A program made the position numbers and the translations under genes. The notes below the pieces were generated by a model. That model was not told the DNA's origin. It was given only the letters and a program-made list of their open reading frames with translations, and searched no databases. A stretch of DNA of 64,000 bases, from positions 2,976,001 through 3,040,000 of the forward strand of contig JAUPSS010000001.1 of the NCBI GenBank assembly GCA_040285825.1, given 5' to 3'. Source of the DNA: Eukaryota sp. TZLM1-RC. Its lineage: Eukaryota; Protista; Metamonada: BaSk clade. Each line of letters opens with the position of its first letter. Position 1 is the first letter of the stretch. Shown piece by piece: positions 13,568 through 26,429 of the stretch.

Positions 13568-13706
13568 TGAAAATGGAGAAACTTTGTATTAACTGTGAAT
13601 TTTACTTATCATGCATTCCCCTATGAAATTCACTCCTGTTTTCAACTTTCTCAATGTCTACTCACAGGCTGTAAGAGACATGTAGCGTCATTTGACAAAG
13701 ACAATC

Positions 13707-14228
13707 ATGAACTTCATCAATGGGCTACCTCACTTAAATACTCCTAGAAAGAATTTCCAGTTACCCTTCTTCTCTAACATTGTTTCTTGTAGTGTAGGTG
13801 TTCATCATACATTGGCACTCACTGCTTGTGGTAATTGCTATGGATTTGGTCTGAAAAAATTCTACCAATTAGGCAACAACTACCCCCAAAGCAGCACTTT
13901 CAAATCTCAACAACCACAACTACTTCTATCCAATGTTCTCTCTTTTGCTACTGGTGGACGTTATTCCCTTATCCTTACCTCTGATCACAAGCTTTATTAT
14001 TCTGGGAGAAACGACTTTTTTCAGTGTGGAGTTGGTGATGAAACTTTGATGGCAACCTGTGATTATTCTGAGCTTAATGAACCAATAGGTCCTTTTGGCA
14101 GTGTTTTCCTTCCTTCCTTGACTTTAGTTAACTCGAAGGAAAATATTAACATTGAGCTAAACGAACGAGAGCTGGAAGCCCTTTTCAATACTGTTGAAGA
14201 TATCTCTGTTCATTTAGACAATCTGTAA
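13707..14228 (+). pseudogene. RCC1-repeat gene fragment, paralogous to the RCC1 part of 57194-58758
   Basis: SVGVHHTLALT..G..YGFG....QLG and ATGGRYSLILT....LYYSG.N...QCG RCC1 repeats. About 13745-14103 is near-identical to 57205-57492 on the - strand. Confidence 0.65.
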
Positions 14229-14569
14229 TAAAGTAAGTTATTTTGTTAATAAATAGTTGATGTTTTTTGTTGTTTATTTGAACATTATTGGCACGTTATT
14301 ATGGTAAGAAGCTCCTGAACTGTGTGTTCTAGGTTTTCTGTGTTTTATGTCTACACCATTAAGTAAAAGTTGAAAACTAAGGCCCATAGATGTCGTAGGG
14401 AGAAACCAGACGTTGGTGCAAGATCTGGTTGGTGAAAAAAAATTACACCAAAATGCAACCAAAGTGAAAACCACAGAAAAGTTTTTTACATTTTTTAATT
14501 GTAAACATTTTATTACTTTCAAAACAAACTATACGACAACTAAACATTTTATTAAAAGTTTATTTTTTA

Positions 14570-15385
14570 GCTCCATTGTTTGTAACCATTGTACCACGAA
14601 GTTTTGGACTGTGTGCTACTAATGAAGCTTTTGTAACAAAAATGAGATAATATTTGAATATCCATATTAATCAGTTATTATCAAAAGAAAATTGTATTTG
14701 TTCGAATTCACCAAAGCTCACTTTGCGTCATGCTCTGAATTGTTCGAAATTGATAGCCTATCGTTCTTCATCACATGATGCTGTTAGAGACACTGTTTTA
14801 AATGTGGACGAATTGTAAGAATTTCGTGTATCAAAGAGTCTCTGCGGAAGGAAACACTGTCATTAAATAGTCTTGGTTCTAATGATAGAGGTGATGTATA
14901 CTGTGATTTGATTGAGAACTCTGAGTTATTGTTGACTTTGTCATATTCTCTATGTTTTTTTTGCTTTAAATTCAAGAACACTCACAGGATTAAGTTTTAT
15001 TCTTTGAACCAAAGTGTCATTTGCAACATTACAGGAGACAAAGATATCGAAGAAGCTAATGCTGATAGAAATAGACCACTTGTTTTTATTGCTTTCCCAT
15101 TTTCGATAAACGGAAGACTATCAGGAGAAGCAGGAACTATTTTGAAAGATTCCCAAAAAATGGTTCAAGAAAAAACAATGAAAAGATTTGATATTTTTTT
15201 ATGGAGCTCTCGGATTCAATTTGCCATTCTTAATAGGTTACCTCCGTTTTTCAATCCAATTAAAGAAGCTTTAGCTAGACAGCAAGTAGATCAAGATTTT
15301 GTAGAGGAAATCTTGGTTCAATGAATTTCGTCCCATTAGTTATGAATTAATTTTATTAAGTGTACATGTTCAATAAATATTAAAT
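14570..15385 (+). mobile_element. Decayed CRE-like retrotransposon 3' part (family D) with an internal micro-inversion
   Basis: Similar to 17712-19030 (CICSNS..L.HALNC, HD.VRD, RGDVY, PFSINGRL) and contains stops. Segment 14943-15036 is inverted. Confidence 0.8.
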
Positions 15386-15387
15386 TT

Positions 15388-17425
15388 TGTTAGTCTTGAA
15401 TAGTATTAAATAGTTTTGTATTTATAGTTTGTTAGTTCTGCCTATTAGTATAAGAAGAGAGAATACAATTCCTCTTCGAAATAAATTACACTTCATTTAT
15501 AGTTATGTCGATTTCACAACAGCCAAGATTATCAATACGTATTGGGTTGCCTTCGGCTCAGTGTTGGATCCTTGAAGAAGAGACTGGTCTTTCTTCTTTT
15601 CAACTAACCGCAGACCAAGCTTCCCTGCCTTCTCCTTCTGTTGAAGCTCCCGCGCTTCCTAAAGCAACTCCCCCTTCGAGTGAAATTTCCGCACTTCCCG
15701 AAGATCCCTTTCCTGAGGATTTCGCTCCTCTGGAAAAGGGTTCTCTTCCTGTGGACTTTATTCCTACGGAGAGAAACATTCCCCATGAGGATTCCGCTCC
15801 CATGGAAGGAAGAAGCCCTTCATTGGTTCCGTACGAAGAAGAAGATGAGGTTACCGAAGCTTAGTCTTCATTCTCTCAACAAAAAGGATCTGAAATTCCA
15901 TCTTCTCCATCCCTTCCCTTTAAAGAAGTGTAGACGTTTCATCTTCTTCTTTTACTCAAAGAAGTGAGATAATTCTCCTCCTCCTTTTTCAACGAGAAGA
16001 ACTGAAGTTCCACCTTCTCCTTTCTCATTAAGAATAAATGAAATTCTATCTTCTCTTTCAAAACGACTAGAGAAAAGAGTCCCGTCCTCTTCCTTTAAAA
16101 TTACATATCAGCCAGTCAGAATTCCATTCCTTGACTCTCCTGTTGTCTTACCCACAGGAATTTCCGAAACTCCACCTCCAGTATTTGAAGTCCGCAAAAT
16201 GGATTTATCTCCCCCCTGAAGGAGAACTTATCTCATCTTCAGAAGAACAATTTTTTGAAGTTCGTTTTGATAGACCTGAAACAGTACCGTCTGCACCTTC
16301 TGTCACTCCTGAGACAAATTCGTTCTCATCTTCAATGGCTCAAGAAGATGACATCAAAAAAAACTCACAAAGATCTAATGGATGCTTTAGCAGATCATGG
16401 GAAAGACTCTTTTGAATAGATGATTTTTTTTCTCCTAATTTATTTTTATTTATAATTAATGAATAAAAATATCTAATGGAGTTCATAGATGCTGCAAAAT
16501 GCTTTGAACATTCATTGAATTCTAGTCGGCATTCTTCAATAACAATGCCTAGTAATAAATTGATTCCAAGAGATTCTGCTACGAATATTTGGAAGGCTGA
16601 CCCAGGTCGTAGACCAAGGGACTTCAGAACAATTCCCTCTGATCCCGAAGCCATTCCCCCTACGAAATTGAGCAAAGGAATACCTCCATTTTATGGACCT
16701 CCTCAAAGAAACGACCTTGGAATTCCGTTTAGACCCAGGATTGGCCCCTACCTTCCTGATGAATGCATCACGGAAAATGATACCAAATCCCTTTGAAGTT
16801 GGCCAACTGGTATTAAAAGCTTCTAACTTCTTTGCTCAGCTGCATGGAGATTATTTAGGACCTTTCCTAGTAACCGAAATCGTATCAAATTCGTCTGTGA
16901 TATCAAGAACCTCTGCACCGGTAGCATAGTCTAAACTAGCATCAAACATCTGACGTTCTGGCACTCGAGCCGGTCTACCGACAATGAGTTCCATTCATGG
17001 GTTGCTGCAAGTGGTGTTGAAGAATACATTATCGAAAAGGTGCTCAGCCAGGGTGGTGACTTTTGTTAAGTGTAATGGCCGAGAAAAGAGATCACCACTG
17101 AACATTTATCTACAGTCAAAAATACCGCAGCATATCAAGACTTTCTCAAGACTTCCAAAGCACGTCGCCGTACCAAAACCGCTCCTCCCAAGAAGCGTTC
17201 TAAATCTAGTACTTTACCACCTACGACTAAAGCTTCTAGGGCTCGTCGCTTGAAAAAGAAAAAAAGGCAGTGTTAGTCTTGAATAGTATTAGATAGCTTT
17301 GTATTTATAGTTTGTTAGTTCTGCCTATTAATAGAAAAAGAGAGAATACAATTCCTCTTCGAAATAAATTACACTTCATTTACAGTTATGTTTATTTCAC
17401 AACAACCAAGATCATCACCATTACA
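15388..17425 (+). mobile_element. Internally deleted Ty3/Gypsy (chromovirus-like) LTR retrotransposon
   Basis: Direct repeats 15388-15534 and 17271-17417 start with TG (about 10 differences in 147 nt by manual count). Polypurine tract 17252-17270 precedes the 3' LTR. Interior has integrase-tail remnants (NPFEVGQLV..LHGDYLGPF; EEYIIEKVL chromodomain-like). No RT/RNase H and no TSD found. Confidence 0.85.
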
Positions 17426-17711
17426 AAATCCTTACAAAAATCACACTGTTTGAAGCTAGATGACACCTGAGGCATCAGTTATATGGTGTATGTTTGAACC
17501 AATATGTTCAAGTCGGTACTTCCATTCAGATCAGATATTGTGTCTTTTACTGTTTTGTTTTTGAAAAGAAGATAGTGTAAAGCTATTTTTAGGAAAGATA
17601 TATTGTAAATATCATGTTGAAAATTTGTACCAGATAATGCAAGAGCTATGATCACAACATGGGAACCAATTTGCAATTGATAGATGATTATCTTTATATC
17701 TATTGAACTTC

Positions 17712-19030
17712 CACACTTAACAAAATAAACTCATAACAAATGGAACGGAATTCATTGAACCAAGATTTCCTCTACAAAAGCTTGATCTGCTTGCTGTCTC
17801 GCTAAAGCTTCTCTAATTCTATTGAAAATCCAAGGCAATCTATTAATAATGGCAAATTGATTCGAGGTTGCCATCAAAAGATATCAAATCTCTTCATTGT
17901 TTTTTCTTGAACCATTTTTTGGGAATCTTTCAAAATAGTTCCTGCTTCTACTGATAGTCTTCCGTTTATGGGAAAGCAATAGAAAACAGGTGCTCTCTTT
18001 CTATCAGCATTAGGCTCTTCAATATCTTTGTCATATTTTCTATGTTTTTCTTTAGCTTTAAATTCAAGAGCACGCACAGGATTAAGTCTTCTTCTTTGAA
18101 CCAAAGTGTCATTTGCAACATTACAGGACACAGAATCAACAACAGCTTCAGAGTTTTCAATCCAGTCACAGTATACGTCACCTCTGTCATCAAAACCAAA
18201 ATTATTCAATGACAATGTTTCTTTCAGCAGAGGCTCTTTAATACACGAAATTCTTGCAGTTTGTGCCATATTGAAAACAGTGTCTCTAACAACATCATGT
18301 AATGAAGAACGATAGGTTATCAATTCGGAACAATTCAGAGCATGAGACAAAGTGAGCTGAGGAGAATTCGAACAAATACAGATCTCTTTTAATAATAATT
18401 GATCAATGGGGATATTCAAATATAATCTCATTTTTGTGACAAACGCTTCATTATTAGGACACATTCGCAATCTTCGTGGCACAATGATCACAAACAATGA
18501 AGAATCTGATGACTGATTTTCTCAAACACCCTTTTCCAATAACAATGAGTGAAGATCTTGATTTAAAACAGCCAAACTGCATATATTTTTTATAAACTTC
18601 ATTTTCATACATTCCAGTCAGTCGTTTCTGTAATGTTCGAAGAGTGCATTTTAAATTTAGATAATCCTTTTCTGGAATATTGCCATTGAATGATTGGGGA
18701 AAGCAAAGGCTCAATTTTTCTACTTCGAATTTGGAAATTTATTCAATTAATGCAAAAATAGTAGAAATTTGCGTTGTCATTTATAAATTTTCCCAATCTG
18801 CAAATCTTTCAGAAAATTCAAATATTACATTTCTGCATCCACTGATAAAAGCACACGAAGTTAGAATTGAGACTTTTGTCCCAACCAACACCGTTATAAT
18901 GTGGACTAAGATAAGCATGATCAGGAATATGGAACATTTTACACCATAGTAGTTGTGACAAAATTGTTGCACGTAATTCACTAAACTTCTGGGCCAAGGC
19001 CTAGAGATAAGAGGATTTGTAGATCGAAAC
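17712..19030 (-). mobile_element. Decayed CRE-like retrotransposon (family D)
   Basis: CICSNS...HALNC, RSSLHDVVRD, RGDVY, K.KEKHRKY, PINGRL motifs with frameshifts. Ends approximate. Confidence 0.85.
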
Positions 19031-19318
19031 ATAAAGATTCAAAATGATTTATTGTCCATATTGACATATTCAATCGTTGGTCGAAAAGACACCGCATTCT
19101 CAGGGCTATTGTCCACTGATGCTCATTGAACAAAAGTGTATGTGATTGGAAATTGGTGCAAATTGAGCTACAATCTTCAAGGTCAATTAGAAAGTTTGCA
19201 ACAACAGGATAAATTTTTTTTAGCTAGAACAATTGGTATAACTCACGTTTTCAAACAATTTAGCTTACCTCTTCTCCACAATGAAGTCTATTTTCAAATC
19301 AAACACAAAAGTTAAATC

Positions 19319-19400
19319 CGCGAGAAGTGAGATTCGAACTCACGCGGGGAAACCCCACTTGTTTTCTAGACAAGCGCCTTAACCGCTCGGCCATCCTCGC
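19319..19400 (-). tRNA. tRNA-Ser(AGA)
   Basis: Reverse complement gives GCGAGGA/TTCTCGC acceptor stem, TGGCCGAGCGGTTAAGG D arm, CTTGT-CTAGAAA-ACAAG anticodon arm, long variable arm GGGG-TTT-CCCC, GTTCGAATC T loop and discriminator G. Confidence 0.95.
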
Positions 19401-19889
19401 AATGAAATCAACATATTCGTACCTTAATGAGTACTTGGATATCAAATCTTTGCTTTCAAGTTTGCTATTATCTTGATCATTCTTCAATAGTTGACCCTTT
19501 TATTGCATCAACATAAGTGACCTTATCTGCAATGCCCAGTTATCTGGACAGTATCTGGAAAATAGATGAACTCCCCGTATTTGAGTTGAACGTTTTCATT
19601 TTGCTCTGAGTTTTTAGATTTTAAGTTAAAATTTTTAACTAACCATTTTGACAAGTGACAAACATCAAATGAAAGAACCAACTAAAAACAAAATATCGTA
19701 TCCTCAAGTCACTTGATTTTAGTTCTATATTTGTCTGCTATACCATCCGGATTAAGAAAATGATAGCGAAATTTTTTAATGATGAACACTAAGTATGAAA
19801 AATACATGAGAAATTGAAGAACATAAATATTAAAACAATTATACAAAAAATTAAAACAAAGGACACAAAATAAATAAACAACCAAACAA

Positions 19890-20759
19890 TCAACAATTAT
19901 TTACAAAATTAATAATTCTATTTTTTAAATCATCCGATATCACGGAGATAATACTCTTGGACATTCCAATCAAATCACTACTTGACAATGGTTCGAAGAA
20001 TTCAATCTTCAATACATTCTTTGGATCCCTACTATTCAAAAGCACGTCCCTATGTAGCAAAACCAACGCTGTCACCACAACTACTATAATAGAAGGGCCA
20101 CAAGGTCTGAAAGCTAGTAAAAAATCCCAAACTTTGATGACTTCATTTAATGGTTTGACAATAGATAATAAGGAATAAGTGAGTTGAAAACTCCAAATTT
20201 CAGCTCTGCAATCATTATCACGTAAATGGTTACTTAATAAAGGATCTACTACACCTAGAACTTCCTCTATGAGGGAGACAGCAGCATGAACTCCAGGTAA
20301 AGAAGGGGAAAAGAAAGAGGGGAGGTATGTTGAAATAAGGGAGTCAAGAGCATAAAAAGCGGCAGGTTCAGGAAGGACAGCCACTAAAGGGGCAGCTAGA
20401 GCAGACATGGCTTGGAAATATCCGGTATTGAATTTAGAAGAAAAGGCCACAAGAACACGTGATAATGATTGATAGAGTTCGTTTGTTGTTTCTGGAGAGA
20501 TTTGGAGTGTTTTAAAACAACCAATGCGGTTGACATCAGCTTGGATTTGTCTGGTGAGTTCATGTGACGAATTTGATAAAAATTGTATATATAAATCAGG
20601 GTTTATGGAAGTAAGCTTGAGAGCCAAGAGCCAGGCTGTTTGACGTTCTTGAGCATTGTATGTACATGTTAAACCATTCAACATTTTCGTTCTCATTCCA
20701 GACCGCAGCCTCACAGAGCAGGTTGAGGATGGAGTAGAACTTAATCCATCTTCATTCAT
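19890..20759 (-). CDS. BUB2: Bub2/Cdc16-like TBC-domain GTPase-activating protein
   Basis: I.AD.NR, YFQAM..LAAP, LPGVH....L....L..VDP.L..HL, AEIW.F and PL.EV..VWDFL match the Bub2/Cdc16 TBC subfamily. Confidence 0.8.
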   Translation of the reverse strand: MNEDGLSSTPSSTCSVRLRSGMRTKMLNGLTCTYNAQERQTAWLLALKLTSINPDLYIQFLSNSSHELTRQIQADVNRIGCFKTLQISPETTNELYQSLSRVLVAFSSKFNTGYFQAMSALAAPLVAVLPEPAAFYALDSLISTYLPSFFSPSLPGVHAAVSLIEEVLGVVDPLLSNHLRDNDCRAEIWSFQLTYSLLSIVKPLNEVIKVWDFLLAFRPCGPSIIVVVVTALVLLHRDVLLNSRDPKNVLKIEFFEPLSSSDLIGMSKSIISVISDDLKNRIINFVNNC

Positions 20760-20863
20760 GCTTTCAAAGCTTGTTTATAACAATGGAATAAGCGTCTGGT
20801 GCACCAATGTGGAGGTAGGTATTTCAATTATGTAGGTAATTTCTCCCATTTAATTTGTATCAT

Positions 20864-22657
20864 ATGTCATTTGAAGTAGCCTCTAAACTTGAAAGTGGCT
20901 ACAGAGCAGTATCCGATGAAATCGCTGAGCTCAAAAAACAGCTTCTACTACAAGCCAAACGACGAAAGTCAAAATCTAGACGATCCTCAGTAGCTTCATC
21001 TCCCCCACAAACCCAGCTCAATATTCAGTCTCCATCCACTGATCCATCCCCACCTCCTCCTGCCATAGATGTCGATGTGGTTCCTCCAACCATGCCTGAA
21101 TCTCCTGTTTCCCCCTCTCCACCTGCTTCGTCACAATCTACAGAATCCCTACACTTTGACCATGATTTCAATACATCTTCTTCTAGATCAGCCTCAAGTC
21201 CATCAAGTTCTTTCCTAAAACGTCAGGAATACTTTGACCAGCAACGAAGACTACGTAACGAAGAAAGGAAGAAGCAACATGATGCTCAAGAAGCAACCAG
21301 GGCTCGCCATACCCCTCAAATTAACCCTCAATCACAATCACTAAATCGATCAGTTTCTACTTTATTCTCTTGGAAACGTGATAAAGAGCTCAAAAAACAA
21401 AAACTTGCCCAGGAAAGAGCTCAAAAGTCAAGTGAAGTCAAGGGAACTCCACGTATTAATCCTAAATCAGCAGAAATAATGAAATCAAAACCCAGAACTG
21501 GGAAAGTAGAAAATGAATTATTACTGTCACATTTCAAAAAGAAAATTGAATTAGAATTAAGACAAAAACAGGAGGAAGATGAAAAGTTAAAGCAGGCTAA
21601 ACCTAATTTATCACATCATTCTAGTAATTTGTCACGTGATGGTGACGTATCTGACCGGTTATATTCACTTTCTAAAAATAGAAGGGTTGAAAAGGAAGAA
21701 GTTCCACCTCCCGATTCAGAGGCAACTTTCTCCCCAGTTATTAACCCCCTATCTAAATCAATGACGCGACGAGTTTCTGTTGAAGACCATTTGTATCAAG
21801 AAGCAGAAGCCAGAGAAGAACGCAAAAGATTGCTGTCAAAGAAGATTCAAAATAGGAGTGATTCTAGGTTTAAACCTAGCCCAATGACTGAGAAACTAGC
21901 TCAAAATTACGACAAGCGGTTAGGAATAAAAAATTCAAAAGATCGAATATTTAGAAGTAAAAGTGCACCAAAAAGTCGACCTGAGGATGATGATAATATG
22001 AGCTTTAAGCCGAAAATTTCACGAAATTCTAAAAATTTGGTTCGTCAGGGTGGAGACCGTATTGAGGAACTTTATAAAGAAGCACAAGAACGAAAAAAGA
22101 AGAGAGATTTGAAGAAATTAAGTGAAGAGCGACAAGAGTTACTTTCAATTGAAGAAAGCAAAAGAAAAAGCAAAATGCGTATAAAAAAACATTCTTTTAA
22201 TTCAGACCCTCTATCAGAAGCTGATTTGTTTGATCGGCAACAGATGTGGCTATCACGACTGGAAAGTAAACGTCAACATGGACGACGAGCTGCCGCTGAG
22301 GAAGAACTTGAAAGTTGCACATTTGCCCCAGATTTAAGTATTCATAAACCAATTAGTGATTTATCACCAATTCCTTACACCAAAGGGACCGCAGCACACC
22401 TGAAACGTATGGAAACTGTCAGAAGTCCTATGAATTCTTCCGATATTGACCTATCAGTAACTGGAATTGACAAGAAACTTGTTCCTTCTTGTTTACACTG
22501 TTTATTTTCCTTTGATGAATCTGAATTTAGACTTGCCTTTGGGAATGTCATTGATGTTATTGAAGGTAGAGTTGTTGAACAAGAAACTGTTTATAAGGAA
22601 AAAAGGGGCGTGTCCAGACCAAGAACTCCCAGGAAGAGGAGGCCAAGTTTTGTGTAG
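20864..22657 (+). CDS. Hypothetical basic coiled-coil protein with repeated (T/S)F.P.I(N/S) motifs
   Basis: 600-aa ORF with recurring HTPQIN, TPRIN, TFSPVIN, SFKPKIS, CTFAP and 'RLY' segments. Same motif type as 48546-49835. Confidence 0.75.
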   Translation: MSFEVASKLESGYRAVSDEIAELKKQLLLQAKRRKSKSRRSSVASSPPQTQLNIQSPSTDPSPPPPAIDVDVVPPTMPESPVSPSPPASSQSTESLHFDHDFNTSSSRSASSPSSSFLKRQEYFDQQRRLRNEERKKQHDAQEATRARHTPQINPQSQSLNRSVSTLFSWKRDKELKKQKLAQERAQKSSEVKGTPRINPKSAEIMKSKPRTGKVENELLLSHFKKKIELELRQKQEEDEKLKQAKPNLSHHSSNLSRDGDVSDRLYSLSKNRRVEKEEVPPPDSEATFSPVINPLSKSMTRRVSVEDHLYQEAEAREERKRLLSKKIQNRSDSRFKPSPMTEKLAQNYDKRLGIKNSKDRIFRSKSAPKSRPEDDDNMSFKPKISRNSKNLVRQGGDRIEELYKEAQERKKKRDLKKLSEERQELLSIEESKRKSKMRIKKHSFNSDPLSEADLFDRQQMWLSRLESKRQHGRRAAAEEELESCTFAPDLSIHKPISDLSPIPYTKGTAAHLKRMETVRSPMNSSDIDLSVTGIDKKLVPSCLHCLFSFDESEFRLAFGNVIDVIEGRVVEQETVYKEKRGVSRPRTPRKRRPSFV

Positions 22658-23228
22658 GTTGTAGTTGGTAATTTTAATTTTGTTTCTTTAAAATTTTTCA
22701 AGATAATCGTGTACATGGAGTTAATCTTGAATCTAATTAGTGTTATAGTTTATTTCAACTATTTAAATGAATATGTATTTTTCTTGTTGTCTCATGTTAC
22801 ACACTGGTTTTAATAACTTTTCTGGTATCTTAAACCATATATTCATTGAATGCCTACTATTTTAGATTCAGCTTTGATAACCACACCCAAAATCGAATAA
22901 GGAGGTTTATAATTTCAGCATGGAACTTCAACTGTTTTGTAGAATTTCACTTTATTACAACACTTCTGTAATGTATGGCGTTGTTTGACCAAATGAAAAA
23001 ACATTACTATAATGCTTTCCTCCACAGTTTTCAACATTGTAATGTCACCGCTGGTCAAAAGCAAACTAATTTGTTTAACTTATTAATTAAAACGAAAATA
23101 AATACTAATGCTATAAACATGATTTGAGACTGATTAAAAGACTAAATATGATCACGCTGTTGTCTTTGTTGATTTGATCATTTAAATTTGATTTTCATCG
23201 ACTTTTGGATTTATAAGCTATCTTCAGC

Positions 23229-25639
23229 GTGGTAAGTATTCCTTCTGCATCGTTTCGAGTTATATTATCATTTGTGCTGCTATTCTATCATCAATTGTAC
23301 TGCTGGGACTTTATGAAACAAACAAGGCCAAGACAACGAAGTGTATTAAGATTTATAAATTGGTTATTTTCAATTTACCCTCGTCTACAACTTTTCTGCT
23401 CTTTCCAAAGACATGTTTGCCATCTCCCGTCCTCGAGCTCTTTGTTATTCTGTCACTTCTTTTTTTATGTTGGTCATTGTTCCTTTTTCCTTTCCTTACA
23501 GATTCTTCCTTATACGTTGATGCTACCTCCCCTCTTCTGTATTTTCATCAATTCTACGTCAACTTTCCCTTTTACCGACTGAGTATCATCATGATCTGAG
23601 CTACTGGACTGGGGGTTTGGTTAGGAAATGCTCTTGCTTTCTTGATTTACTCAGTTTACACTCAATTTCTTGATTCAAATATTATTTTTAATTTTGTTTT
23701 ATATGTAATTTGTTCCTAAAAAATTTAAATTTAAATTTGTTCCTGAAATATATAAATTTTTGTCAAACTTTACTCACAATTTTGATGAGGACACCTACTC
23801 TATTGTTTCCTCAGTGAAACATCCTGATTCTCTTTTCTATTTCAATCCGGAATATGACTTTTTCCATCTGAATTCAATTATATTCCAATTGTCTAGTCTT
23901 TCGATAGATGTACTTTCAGCTAGTTGCTTCCACAGCCTGCTGTCATCAAATTTTGCCGAAAAATCCCAGATTGTCGTTTCAATCAGGTCAAATATTTTAA
24001 ATAATTCTAGATTCTGACTTATCTAGAGATTGTTACAGAAATTTGTGATATATTCTACCACTCTTTGCTCTCTTTGAGTTATGATTTTCTTTCTTTCAAA
24101 GAACCATTCTAGAAGATCAAAATTCGTCAGTTTTGTATTACTATTGTTACTTCCTTGCTCCTTCTTGTGTCTCGTGAACAATAACAATTCGCGGTTTAAT
24201 CAAATCACTTTGGAATATTCAAGACTGAAAGAACATTCCCTGTGGTTTGTTAGTTGAACTAAAAATTAGTTTTCACGATTCATTTGGCAAGATGATTCAA
24301 TCCTTTGAATTCTACAGTTTATAACCTCAGTTACAATATCAAGAATTGTATAATTCTTTTTCCGAGTTTGAAACAGTTTATAACCAAAGTATTAATTTTT
24401 GTGAACGATTTGATTCCCAAAATTCTCTTTGCTTGGACTTTTTTTACCCAGTTTAACAGAGAATGTATACATTCAATCAATCAAGGAAGTACTTGGTTTC
24501 AGTTGTAGATTCTACAATTGAGCGTTCTGGGGATATCAAATGAAGAAGATCATTTGGGTTTCCAATCAAAACTTGATTGGGGTGCCAATGGCCAGAAATT
24601 TGATGACAGTTTCACCAATTCGTCATTTTACTTTGAATTACCCTATTTTGAGCGAAAAGAAATTGCCCACCAACTAATCTTTGGTCTAAACTTTGACGAG
24701 TTGACAAGAAATGTCATGAATGAGATCAAATTGAGCTCTCCTCAATTGTGAACTGTTATCTCAGAAGAAGCTGAAAATTCTTACTTCATTGCCAAAAACT
24801 TAGATACAATGTCATTTAACAATTCTATGACATCTTTTATCCTTGCTCTTTGCTTGTTTTTTTACATTTGTGTCCAGTTTAATCAAAAATGATTCAATTA
24901 TTGACATAAAGGTGAAACATCAAGACGTAAACGTTTTTAAACCAAAAAGTCCATTTGTTTTAGTTCTAGTTGGGTTTTTCACAGTTTTACTAGCTGGAAT
25001 TCTTGTTATGCTATGGTTTCATCTACGGTCCACTAATCTTTTTTTATTAATGGACTCTTTGGCGAAGGTTTCGCTTGATGTGGAAGATATTGAGTTTTCG
25101 GTTTTGCAGACTATTCTTAATAATGAAATTTTTTCCCTCAGTTTTGATAGACTGACGACCATCATGCATCTTTTAAACCTACAACTGGTTGAACTCAGTC
25201 AAAATTTGAATGCTAAAGTTAATGATCTGCTCTACAGTGCCAAAATTTCGACCACCGACACCCAATCGGGTTTTACGTGGCATTTTCACTCCGTAGGATC
25301 ACTAGTCCAACAATATTTGGCAAACTTTGGCAATTCTGATCATGTTGTTGCATTGATTGATTCCACTAGTGCAACAAGAGAGGTTCTTTTAAATGTTCAG
25401 GTTGTTGTTTTGAAACTTCTGAATCCCTTCCAAGATCTACTCAAATCCTCATACTGTTAGTTTGCTTAATCGGACTGATTGGTATTGCGTTTTGCTTTAT
25501 TTTGTTTAGATCAATGTTAATTTCGCTTCAAAAAGAACAGGATACTGTGGTGAGCCTTCTCAAAATGTTACTTGACGAAGCAGTTGAACGTATACCAGAG
25601 TTAAGTAAATATTTAGAGTTTGTTCGAATTTCTAAATAG
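23229..25639 (+). pseudogene. Degraded multi-pass membrane protein gene (TmcB/TmcC-like C-terminus)
   Basis: Broken hydrophobic ORFs with stops and frameshifts. Terminal segment FRSMLISLQKE...VSLLKML...VERIPELSKYL* resembles the C-terminus of protist TmcB/TmcC-like proteins. Start approximate. Confidence 0.4.
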
Positions 25640-26429
25640 GTTTTAATGATAACTTTATTGTTATCGTTATTTGTATTTTTTGCAAAAATTTAACTTTGAT
25701 TCCTATTAATACTGTAATTTTAGTCTTTCGTTAAATTAATAAAATGTTTAATCAATTTATCCTAAATACATGATTTTTCCTACACCAAGTAATATGGTAT
25801 ACCATTCTGCAAAAGACATCAGAAAATATCTTCTCACACAACTATTTTAAACTCGACTATGAATTAAAAAACCAACACTATTGGATTGGTGCTTCATAGC
25901 AAACTGTGAACATTCAAGTTTGGAAACTAGCATTCATTCTATCAGCAAAAGTAAAACCACAACAGATGTTTAGTATTTTATAGAATTCATAAATGTACAT
26001 TTACTTTAGAGCATGTGAAATCAGTAATGCAAAAGAATTTGGTTTTAGAGAGAATCGAGTTTTGTTCTCATTTGGGAATGTTTGATAAAAACCTATTCAC
26101 CCCACCAAATTGCAGACTATTGACTCCACTTTGTCACATAGATAGTTCCAACTCTGTATACCGGAACCTGTTGAATGGATAAATAGATTTGCATATTTTG
26201 TAGAAATGTCTGAAACTCAAGTAAAAATACAAGTTTCCCAGTGTTAACACCAGGTTGATTCATAAGCATTGGAGCTCTGTCATCAAGGAAAGAGTGTTGT
26301 CTTCATGATTGATCACTTTTGTAAACGCTTTTCAAAAAATAATAAGTATTTTATTTGAGTGACCAATACACAAACCACTTATCATCCATATTGCAAATAG
26401 CATATTTGGCATTGAAGTTACAGTAGCTG

